Shown here: piece after piece, positions 10,637 to 21,033 of the stretch | How the letters are laid out: each line of letters begins with the position of its first letter | Numbering within the stretch: the first letter of the stretch is position 1 | Source of the DNA: Azolla caroliniana | Taxonomy: Eukaryota; Plantae; Polypodiophyta | DNA length: 21,033 bases | Assembly: GCA_043228905.1 (NCBI GenBank) | Contig: JBHGNT010000548.1 | Location: 1-21,033 of the forward strand | Reading direction: 5' to 3' | Notes under the pieces: generated by a model | Database searches by the model: none | Told to the model about the DNA's origin: nothing | What the model saw: only the letters and a program-made list of their open reading frames with translations | Translations under genes and position numbers: made by a program

Positions 10637-11635
10637 GATTGGTTTAAGATTTTGGATTTTGGATTTAAGTGCGAGGGTTTAAGATCTAGAGTTTAGGGAT
10701 TTATGATTATGATTTTTGGGTTTAGGGGATAGGTGTAACCAAGAAGGATACAAGGTTAAGGTTTAAGGATTAAGTTTCTAGGTTCTAGATTTAAGGGATT
10801 AGAGTTTAGATTCCTGTGCAAAGGGTTTAGGTTTTAGTATTAAAGATTTTAGGGTTTAGGTTTTGAAAATTTTAGGTTTAGGTTTGGGAACCTGGTATTT
10901 AGGATAGAGGTGTTTAGAGTTGAGGGATAGCACAGGTATAAAGATGAAGAACTTAGTACGTTTAATGATTTAGAGTTGAGGTCATAGGGTTTAAGTTTAA
11001 TGAAAGGGTTTAAGGTTTAGGTTTAAGGGTTTAGGGTTTAGGGTTTAGGTTAAGGTTTAAGAGTTTATGGCTGAGGGCATAGGATTTAGAACACAGTTGT
11101 AAAGGTTAAGGGTTAAATTTCTGGGTATAAGGGTTTAGGCCTTAGGTATGAGGAGTAAGGAGTAAGGGCTTATTTTTAAGAACTAAGGATTTAGGTTGTA
11201 GGTTTAAGGGTTCAGTGTTGAGAGTTAAGAGTTGAGGGCGTAGGGTTTAGGATTAAGATATACATCATGGAAGATTTGAGGGTTCAATGTTGACAGTTGA
11301 GAATTGAGAGCGTAGGTTTTTGGATTAAGATAAATGATAGAAGGTTTAAGTGTTTATAGGTGAGGGTAGATGGTTTAAGTTTAAGGAATGGAATTGTTGT
11401 TTCTAGGGTTAATGATTTAATGTTCAACATTGAAGTCCTTTTATGTTGAAGAATTAAGGATGTTGGTGATAGGTTCAAGGATTCTAGGGTGTAAGTTGGG
11501 ATCCTAGGGCTTAGGTTGAGTTTATAGATGTTTTAAGTTCAGGTTTCACGATTAAGTATTTTGGTCTAGGTTCATCTTCATATTTGAAATCTAGATCAAA
11601 GATGATTCAGAGTTCTTAGTTTTAAAGATTTAGAT
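10637..11635 (+). repeat. Degenerate interstitial telomere-like repeat array (TTTAGGG)n, ~1 kb
   Basis: Strong G/T strand bias with dozens of GGTTTAG, GGTTTAAG and GATTTAG variants. Perfect core GGG(TTTAGGG)2TTTAGG at 11027-11049; further TTTAGGG at 10692, 10721 and 10848. Edges are approximate. Confidence 0.88.
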
Positions 11636-12300
11636 TGTTACATAAACACCAATCATTTTTCACCTTCTACAATGGTTCAGTATTAGTACATAACTTATCA
11701 TCGGGATCAAATTAAGAGATAAAACAAGCATTGACAGTAAGGGAAGAGAGGGGGTCTGGACCTTATGTTAAAGGACCAAGTTATTGCACATCTTTAGTGG
11801 TGGAAGGAGATCCGCTCAAGTTACTTTTGGCTGCAAAAGCCATGCCGTATGATATGGTGGGTCGGTCTTCGTTGAAAATTAGAGCTCCAAATTTGAAGAC
11901 ATTTGGCAAACTTTTCCACGCAAACCATACCTTTGGAGTGGATTTGCAAAGACGCAGTGTCGTGTTAGTGAAGCCACTCTATATGCTTATTAAAGTTCTT
12001 GAGTTCATAACCAACCTCAATGATGATGCATATGAAGATCCTGACACTGAGAGAACATACATTGAGCTTATTGAGCCCACAAAGGTCTTCTGAGCTTTTT
12101 TTATTATCACTTGGGAGAAAGGAAATATTTTAATTTTTACCCTTATAACCTCTGCAATCATATACATAAGAAATTCACATTAATTGATTTTACCAATCCT
12201 CTTATGTCAAAAGTCATACAAAATTCATATAAATTGTTCTACTAAGGTTCTCAAATTTAAAATTCACAAGAAGCTAAATTGCTGCTCATAGAAGGGCTTA

Positions 12301-12497
12301 CAAAATTTTATACATCCTTAAGAGCAAGCTACATCATAATAGCATAAATGATGGATGAATAACAATAAATGTTTTAGATTCTAGTTCATGTCATATGATT
12401 AATTTCTAAATAAGACGTTATCAAAATTTATACATGCTTGAGAGTCATAATAGCATAAATTATGAATGAATAACATTAAATGTTTCAGATTCTAGTC
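12301..12497. repeat. Imperfect direct repeat of ~80 bp (12301-12387 and 12422-12497)
   Basis: Both copies read CAAAATTT(T)ATACAT..AGAG..TCATAATAGCATAAAT.ATG.ATGAATAACA.TAAATGTTT.AGATTCTAGT. Confidence 0.85.
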
Positions 12498-13365
12498 CCG
12501 TACAATACTGTAAGACTGGAGTATAAATGACTTAATAAGAAAACTATTAAGCGCATTACAATAGACAGTTCTCTATTTTGTGCCTAATACGCAATAAATT
12601 CCTTACTATGCTCCCCAAAATCCTTGAAGCATATAAAATTTCCAGTTTCCATATTACAATGTTCTAATAGTTTTGACTTATAATATGTTCACTTCTCAAA
12701 CATCTCTAGCTTTTGTTGAAAAAACATCTCTAGCTTCTGCAGCATAAAACTACCCTCAAATGTACTTTAGTTCTACATACACGACTGTCAAAATATAAAA
12801 ACATCAATCAGGTTGAATACACAATTTCGCTACTAGATTGAATAAGACAAGTCCAGTGCTACAATTCTGACAAATGATGAATTTATCGAACATGACACAA
12901 TTTTGGACATAACAATCCTAACTCATCATCATCCATGAGACTATAATATCCTTCAACCACATTCCTAATTCACTGAGCACAAGCATTCTGCATCTAGACA
13001 CCTTCGATTGGAATGAAAAAGAGTACAAAGCCAACATAAACTTCCAATCATGCGTAGTATGACCCACTCCTGCAACCATAAAAACACTGAAGGCATATAA
13101 CCGAGATTTGTAGAGGAATTCTAATTGATAATTATACATTGTTCGCTTTAATCTGATCAAGGCTTCTTTTGGTTCGTATCTATACATAAAAGACCTGAAT
13201 AATTGGAGAACAATTAAGTGCTGAATCAGCCAAATTGCAAAGATTGCATTGCATGAAATCACAGTTCATGCTTATGATTTGAAGTAGTGTGAAGGATTGT
13301 TGGAAGTTAAGAGCTAAAAAAGAATACAGTACAAATTCAGTCATCATCATAATAGATATAACATA

Positions 13366-16300
13366 TCATAGTTGCCACCATTTTCTTCTTTCCATAGCCT
13401 TAGCCAGCTCTGATGCCATCGACGCAAAATCTTCAGCACCCCGCTGCATGTCCTCCGTTCGTTTGTTTAGAGCCTAACAATGTAAAGTAATTTGTTCCAT
13501 TAGATTTAGTGAGATGTTTGTGTAAACTTCCTGAAGAGTCAAGACCATGAGATCATTGGTTTGATAAGCCAATATGGCATGTACTTTAGGAGTGAAAATG
13601 CACTTTGAGCCCATGAACTCACTCAGGTGGATAACCTTTAAACTTACCAGTAGGATAAGGCCAAGTACCATAAAAGAAAAAATATAATGAATTACCTATG
13701 TCTAATTAAATTATAATCCCTTCCAAACTATATACATGTATACTTATAGCCTACCTCAAGCTTTTCTTGCCTCTCTAATAGCTTATCTCTTGCTAGTCCA
13801 GCCGCACTTGCTGCACCACCCACATCCTGCCAGAGGGAAAACAAACAATAAACTACCTCAACACATAGATACATTTACTTATTTTGCTGTAAAAACATTA
13901 TATTATATTAATGGTGGGAATCTCAATGATAAGCAAACATTATATATTAAATCCTCCCCCTCTGTTGCCAAAAATAGAGAAAAAAACCTTACCCCTACTG
14001 TTTTATGTCCATACTTCGCTTTAATTTCATCTGTGCTACGTCTTACGGGTTTATTGTAAACTTCTCCAAAAAGCTTTGTTCTATCATCTGAAGCATCAGA
14101 ATGCCTCTCCTTACCTGTATAAAAATCATAGTATCTTTTCATCTTGTCATCATCCACAAAGAAAATGCCATGAAGATAATATTCAGAACATTAAGGCAAT
14201 ATCCGCCATAACTTTCAATTTTGTACCTATTGGTTCACTGATTTGTGCTGATTCCCTGAAGCTAGAATCTTCGTCATCAATATTGATATCATCTAAACAA
14301 AGCAGATGACTATGAATTTACTCCAACTTCACTCTCCTGGCTTATCAAAGTTGCAAACGCTTACCAATGTTTAGTTGCACATCCATAATGTCTATACTTT
14401 TGCCATTATGAATTTTCGAGATATCAGGACTTGAGCATTGTTCAGGTGTTGATATTGAAGAAAATATTTCAGATAGGCTTAGAGGTGCATTTACACCACC
14501 GGATTGGTCCTTCCCAAATTTCGCACTCTTCAGCAAACCTCCCTTGATCTCCTTCAGAACACCACCTTTCAAATCCTTAAGAACACCACCACCTTTCAAT
14601 TCCTTAAGGACACCGCCTTTCAAATCCTTAAGAACACCTCCAATAAAACCCTGACGCTGACTCTACAAGACAAAAATTGCTTCACCACAATAACTGAGAA
14701 TATCTCCTTACAAAACTTATGGTAGTACTTTGTTCTCAGACATTTATTATTCATTTATTAAATAATAAATAACTATCTTCTGACTAAGAAACCCCATGTG
14801 AAAGGAGAATAACTACCTTCTGTTGTGATGGATGAGCAGATGCTTTAAGAGCAGCATCAGCAGCAGCCGATAGGTCCTTATCAAAGAATAATACCATATG
14901 GCCTTCGGGGCTGAGATGTGAAATAAATTTGAAATTCATACACTATATAAACAGACAAGGCGAAAAACGTTTCCAAACTGTTTAATCTGATGTGTAAATG
15001 TTAAACTGGAAATATACCCCATATCATCATCACTTTTAAGAACTGAAATTAGTACGAGTTCTCGCTTTACATCTACCTGCAACAGTAAAAATAACAAGAA
15101 ACATTTATCTCTTAGTGACCATGCTTTGGCCAATCACTCCTGCAATCAACAAAATTCATGTAAATTTATATTAAGAAAGAAATGTAAATTTATACAGCTG
15201 AAGCATTATGAAATGAATAAAGAGTTGTTTATTGCCAATGAAAAGAGTCAAATAGATACCACCAAGCCATTTCCGAGTTCAGATCTAAAGAAAAAAATTC
15301 AAGACATATACAGAGCACAACAATCTAGTCTACAAGAAAAATCACTTTGACTGCATTTCAGAAAGAAAATTTTCAAAAGCCAGATCAACAGTCATGTTAA
15401 CTAGTTTCCTTGCTTCTTTAGCCCTAGACTTATTTTTCCCCCTACCCCTCCAGTAGGCACTAGTAACCTTATTTATTTCCCAGTTTTGGTCCTTAGTTTT
15501 CATATGCTGATTCATTGCTGAATATTAATTTAAAAGCCTTCTTTAATTGAGTTTATCATCCAAGAGATTCATAAAGACAAAGTTCAATTGTCTTATGTAA
15601 CTAGCAACAGAATCTTCAATTAACTTTAGGTTAAGGGAATTTCAAGGTTAATTTCAATAACAGCTGTATAAGGTTAAAGCTAAACTTACAAAAGCAATCA
15701 ACCCTTCATTACCACGTACAAACATTGGGAAATCACTCAGTTTGGGGTCCAGGTTATAAATTCCCGCCAATGAGAGCTGCTTCACAATAGCAAAATTTGG
15801 AAGAGATCTGAACCAACAAAATCCAATCATTAAATATGCAACTTTAAACAAACTTGCATATCAATAAATAAAACGCATATTGCAACAAATCTCACCGAAT
15901 CTCCAAAGTCCCCGTTATGTAAAGCAGAATCAACCCATGGGTTTTTGCATTTTCACTTACAAATGCTGTAGCATGGCGGCACTCTGTTGAAAAGCTTTCT
16001 GCTCCCAAATTCGTCACTGTTACACCCTGTGAAAGGTATTTGACAAAGATGAAGACTCTTGCTTTAGTGAATGTATGAATCATCTATGAATATCTTGCTT
16101 ACGTGAATGTATGAAAGGGTTACGTACCTCTTTTGAAATAATGCTGCCATACAAAAGAACAGAATTTTCAGTGCACGTTACAAGATAGCATGAAACAGTT
16201 TCTTCTGTAATTTCCCCCGAATCTTCGGTATTATCTAGACTTGAGGCATCAGTTTTCTGGAGATCTGTTTGGATATTTGGGTGCCCAGTTAGAACAGATA

Positions 16301-19300
16301 AATGCAGGCTGTTCAGAAACCTTGGGCTACATAAAGAATTATTATCACTAATGAAAACGTTTACTCAAACAGAGTTTCCTTATAGAGAAAGAAAAGTATG
16401 TAACTCAATAGAATTAACAAATGCATCAATAAGAACAATGAAAGTAAATTTTTGCATAAGCTGACCTAAACAGCAATGATGCAACACTTTCGAGGTGCTA
16501 TCAACTTTCCAGGGACCACAAATCGTTATTGCTTCTTTGTAATAAACCAAAGCACTGAGGGATGAATCATCTTCTACAGCATACAATACTCCATGTGATG
16601 AAGGCTTTGATAAAGAGTCACTCCTCGGGGACTTGTCTGAACATTCTCCTAAAGCTGATGTCCTCAGATGTGGACCAAAAAATAGGGAGGTTACTGGTTT
16701 CTTTGCATCAGAAATAGCTTTGTGTTTGGATATTATTGTGCGTGACTGTACATCGAATAATAGCACCTACCACGTTATATCACCAATTAATTAACAGGAA
16801 GACTCTTTGATACTAGGTAAATCAGCGAACAAATCAAAGTAGTTCTTAGTTTACTCACCATACCATTGGAATATCCCACAGCAACATGCCCAAGGTGATC
16901 AGAAATTGTGATGGAAGAAACCATTCCTCCATTAAGATCAAGAATGACTACACATTGAAAACCAGCATCCATAGAGAGAACTTGTTCTGAAAAAATGGCA
17001 AGGTATACCAATGTTCAAAATTCTTACAAAATTAAGTGGGTCTCTGGACACAAATAGAGAAATGTGCTATTTTATTTGTTATGAACAGCAACGTGGAAGT
17101 TTGTAAGAACATATATTTTGAACAATGCCTTTATGGCCCAAGTCGAACAGTTGAAATATGAATTACAGTCTTCCAAAGAAAATCCATGCATTCTCTTTAT
17201 TATTTCACCAGCTGTAATTTGTAATGTTTGCACATGATGCATGGCATAGAGTTGACAAAAGACCATTACCTTGAGTTTCTACATCTGTGAAGCGAACACA
17301 TCTGACATCGCCTGCTTTTGAACTTACTTCATGTATTAGAACCTACTACATAAGAGAAATATCAGCTAGAATTATAACTGTCTGATAAATCCATAAAATA
17401 CCACCAATATGGCATGCATAATGCATGAAACCTTACCACGCCACGAGCTTGAGCAGCAACCAGAATACCATTATTTGGGCAAAATTCCAAATGTGAAATA
17501 GATGATGTTGCTGTTTCTGAAAGGCCCATCTTTAACTGTGAATAAAAACAGTGTTATCTGTACAATGAAATGATAATTTGCGCATAAAATATTAGGAAAT
17601 CAAGTCAGACACTGAGGATATTGCTTTAAATATTAGAACATCAAGTCAGATACTAAGGATATTGCTGTGAACATCATGAATCTGGAGGAATTGAGAGAAT
17701 AGGTCACAGAATTTAACATGAATTAATCATAATCTTGTGGAACGGAAAGCAAGACTTAGAGTTGAATGTTTGCAGCTAATTATCTTTCTATTAATGCAAC
17801 CAAAACGCAAGTAAGGGAACTTGGGAAAGAGCTAAATTCTTTTTTTCCTGAGCTAATTAGTAGTAAATGCTAATCTCCAGACTGCCGCTCAGTAATTAAG
17901 CTACATTTTTATGTAAACAATTAAAAAACTTCATTTGTAAAGTAAAAAACACTGCAGTATTATAGAAAGAATACATTTACGCTTGGAGACAAACTGCAGA
18001 TCCGAGAAATGGCAGAATTGGTTGCATCCCAAACATTTAGAGAGCCATCCACATGCCCAGTTATAATGACTGTCCTGACCTTCGGCTCCCCACACAAAGA
18101 TTTGTTGAATGATCCCCCACTTATGGGCCATTTTGTACCACCTGATAAAACAGATGGTAGATTACCTTTGCAGCGGGGAAGCTGCATAATATAAAATTTC
18201 AATCTGAATAACATGATATATACAAAATTCAGAGAAACAATGATTTCTTTTTATTGGGCAGACCTGAGACAGTATCTCTGAAGTTTTTCCATCTCCAGCA
18301 AGCCGAGCTATGTTTGCAACTGATATAATTGGTTCTATTATAAATGGATTTACAAGAACACCTTCTACGATAGAGGCAGATCCATGTTCAATGTGTGAGA
18401 AGTATTCTTTGATATTAACAGTGTCATAAGCATGCAGTTGACCTTGATTTGTTAAAACCAGAAAAGCAGGAACTGGATCAACTGGAGTTCCACCTGCCCT
18501 AGGCAATACTATCATGTCATCAAAAAGTCCCTCTAAAGGGAGTTCCAGATAATGAACTTCTTGGTAGTCTAATTGTTCTCTTGCTGTCTTCAATGGGTAA
18601 ATCTGTCAGCATAACTTATAAGAGATATCATATTTATTATAGCAAAAGATAAATGAAACAACGCACTATCATAAATATTTAACCATAGAAAGCCATCCAC
18701 CACCATGATGCTCATTATGTTTAATGTCAGTCACACTATTGCACAAATATAGGATTTCCTTAGAAGTATGTTATTTTCCAGTATATAGAGATAGCAATTC
18801 ATTAAGTATATGTCATTAATTCTTTCATGACATATACTTCATGAATTGATATAGAGTTTGTATTAGCTTACCTCTTCAATTGGTCTAGCTAACAGATCTA
18901 CTAATCTCTCAATTTGTGATTAAGATTTGACCACCACAAGCACTCAAACCTCCCAATGGATGACGAGCCCATGTATGCTACAAAAAATGCTCTTCAGGTG
19001 GTGATTATGGTCACCAGAAGAGACATTGCCACAAGGAACTCTTTACGAGCCACTTCCGTAAATTATGGAAGAGAAGAAGAGAAAGAAGAGTTTGGTGGCA
19101 ACGGCAGCTAAGGAGCTATTCCTTTAATCTTATTCTTACCATAAACATCAACAATCCAAACTTCCAATAGAGCAATAATATAACAAAACGGTGATTGACT
19201 AGGCACTGTGATCAACCATAAAAGCTAACTATATATAAATAAGATGACCAAATTAGCAAGAAATCTAACCGTTAATGTTTCTGAGCATCCAAATTCCCCA

Positions 19301-20937
19301 CCACCATAGATGAAAAGGTAGCCATCAGCATCTTGTGTGCTCTCCTTTTCATTAGCACACCAGCACAATGCAAGAACTGGTGCCCTGGATTTATCTTGAG
19401 ATAGTTGTAGTTTCATTGAGGGAGAACTTTTCTCTGATGATAAACCAGATTTTTTAGACATCTTCTTCAAATTCCAAATCCATATGTCACCATCTGTATA
19501 GCCCACTGCCAATAAATCACCATAAGCATCAGCCCAAGAAAGGCAACAAATATCCTTATCCTCTCCTTCCTCATCACTTGCAATATCGGAAGCCACTTCA
19601 AGCTCATTTTTTGGTGCTGCTGTACCCCAAATCCTAACTATTGCCGCATCATATAGTCCCCATATGGTAAGCAAACCATTGCTATATGCTAGCAATACCC
19701 TGCAGTTGTAAGAATGTACGTCTTACATAATCCATAGAATTTTTCTCAATAACCTTACAAAATTATACACCTTGCCTATATGGAAATGGAACATGTATTA
19801 TTAGCCACCTTTCAAATAAAAAAAGTTCAACCCTATTGTTAACATGTACCGGCTGTGATTAATCTCTGGGAAAGGTAGAATGCCAATCACTGAAGGTGGG
19901 GAAGATTGTGCCGTCAATCCTGCAAATTCTCAATACGCATCCCATAAAAATATGAACAATGGAATAACCCTATTCTTGGATGATAATTAAACAAACTTAT
20001 GCATCAAGGCTGAGTTATTACCCATCCTACATCACAAAATTGATTGACTTGTACAGAGTTCCTCTCAAATGTTGTCACTTATAAATTTTCTCCATTTGTT
20101 TAATGTAATCCTCTTGTTTTCGTATAAACTTTTTGTACAAATTGTCCTGCTCTACTATTTATTGGATTTACTTTACTTCCACAATTTTTTTTTTCCCTGT
20201 TTTCCTATGATTCCCTTTAAAAAGTACAGTTTGACGAATAAGATATCTCTACATATATACCAAGTTCCATTACTGTTGTAAATATAAAAAGACCATGCTA
20301 TAGCATCAGCTTTATAAAACTTCAAACGATGAAGTGTTGCATTATTGGCATTTTCCTCATCCAGTAGGTTTGATCTATGAAAATACAATAAACACTTTCA
20401 GTTTCATCAACCTTCTATACCTTGGAATAAAGCATTCCATGTCAAACTTCAGTCTTTTCAGGACTATCTTTTCTTCCACGATTCCATGCCTGGGATTAAG
20501 GATAGGTTAAAAGTTCACACTCTCCAAGAGTGTGATACTAGTCACCTCCTTTGTTCATACACTAGAAAATCATTATGAGCATGATTCTCCATTATACTAA
20601 TTCCTTCTTTTCCCGCAAGCACCAATACATTGAAATCGTCTTGCTAACACATTGCCACGGAAATGACATCAATCAACTATCATAACTAAACACAAAGAAA
20701 AACGACGGCACTGGAATTAAACTTTACACACAAAGAATCCATAGTTTCTATTCTAAACATCTGAAGAACTCTCCTATGCTATATAGAGAGACTAGACTGG
20801 TTTGATCACCATAGAAAAATAAATGTTTGTTACCACTAGCAGCTTGAGATGAAATACTGTAAGGCATTTGACGAAGTTTGGACTCCTCTTTATTGTATTC
20901 AAGAACAGCTACATCACCTGTATCCTCTCCAAGGTAC
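13366..20937 (-). CDS. TMS: Tomosyn / lethal(2) giant larvae / syntaxin-binding protein 5-like (WD40 propellers + C-terminal R-SNARE); 5'-partial, 19 exons in window
   Basis: Exons in transcription order, all GT-AG and phase-consistent: 20937-20834, 19919-19850, 19699-19270, 18602-18264, 18181-17981, 17535-17437, 17342-17270, 16986-16859, 16766-16466, 16264-16128, 16026-15896, 15807-15690, 15076-15018, 14910-14817, 14662-14365, 14292-14227, 14114-13993, 13826-13755, 13473-13366 (2950 nt, TGA at 13368-13366). Motifs: RVLLAYSNGLLTIW, LAVGYTDGDIWIW, KWPISGG, ITGHVDGSLNVWD, LEIRSLP, LNIDDINIDD, RSTDEIKAKY, and the R-SNARE ARDKLLERQEKLEALNKRTEDMQRGAEDFASMASELAKAMERRKWWQL*. No transmembrane anchor. 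Confidence 0.93.
14519..14641 (-). repeat. In-frame 24-nt coding tandem repeat, 5 copies (GGVLKxLK)
   Basis: GGVLKDLK-GGVLKELK-GGGVLKDLK-GGVLKEIK-GGLLKSAK within exon 14662-14365. Confidence 0.9.
17585..17666. repeat. 41-bp intronic tandem duplication
   Basis: TAAAATATTAGGAAATCAAGTCAGACACTGAGGATATTGCT followed by TTAAATATTAGAACATCAAGTCAGATACTAAGGATATTGCT. Confidence 0.85.
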
Positions 20938-21033
20938 CTACACAATTGCAAATGTAATTTTCACATGAGCAAAACATTTTATGATCATGATTTCATTTGA
21001 TCATGATGAAGGTTAGGAATGCAACTCCAATCT

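Noticed and set aside
11284-11478. ORF on the C-rich strand of the telomere-like array
   Set aside because: A translation artefact of degenerate CCCTAAA repeats.
16265-16350. Upstream alternative acceptors (16347, 16326, 16320, 16308) for the exon ending at 16128
   Set aside because: All are in the wrong phase for the phase-1 donor at 16466. Only 16264 preserves the frame, and it has a CTAAC branch site ~25 nt upstream.
18900-19220. Atypical intronic segment with a short GGTGA/TCACC hairpin; possible small transposon insertion
   Set aside because: No termini, target-site duplication or coding similarity could be established by eye.
1-21033. Prokaryotic-type systems (CRISPR arrays, operons) and rRNA/tRNA genes
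   Set aside because: No regularly spaced repeat-spacer array or structural RNA signature; the sequence is intron-rich eukaryotic DNA.

Overview
This is AT-rich land-plant genomic DNA; a fern or other non-seed plant is my inference from the repeat and gene style, not proven. The left end (1-1972) is a nest of dead retroelements: the 3' end of a LINE (zf-RVT, poly-A) is interrupted by a deleted Ty1/copia fragment (partial LTR plus gag zinc knuckle and protease start), which is itself interrupted by the LTR of a related element. About 2-8.4 kb is intergenic with microsatellites. From ~8.4 to 10.4 kb there is a CpG-retaining promoter/5'UTR on the + strand (G-box, CT and CTT tracts, 5'UTR intron). 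It leads to an 81-nt first coding exon, MQQRRRQQRICFPGYDGTLPKAVRSSR, which resembles the N-terminus of plant telomere repeat-binding proteins (TRP/TRFL). About 200 bp into the following intron lies a ~1 kb degenerate (TTTAGGG)n array, and no second coding exon is visible. The right 40% (13366-20937, - strand) holds 19 frame-consistent exons (~982 codons) of a tomosyn / lethal-giant-larvae-like WD40 + R-SNARE gene whose 5' end lies beyond the window.
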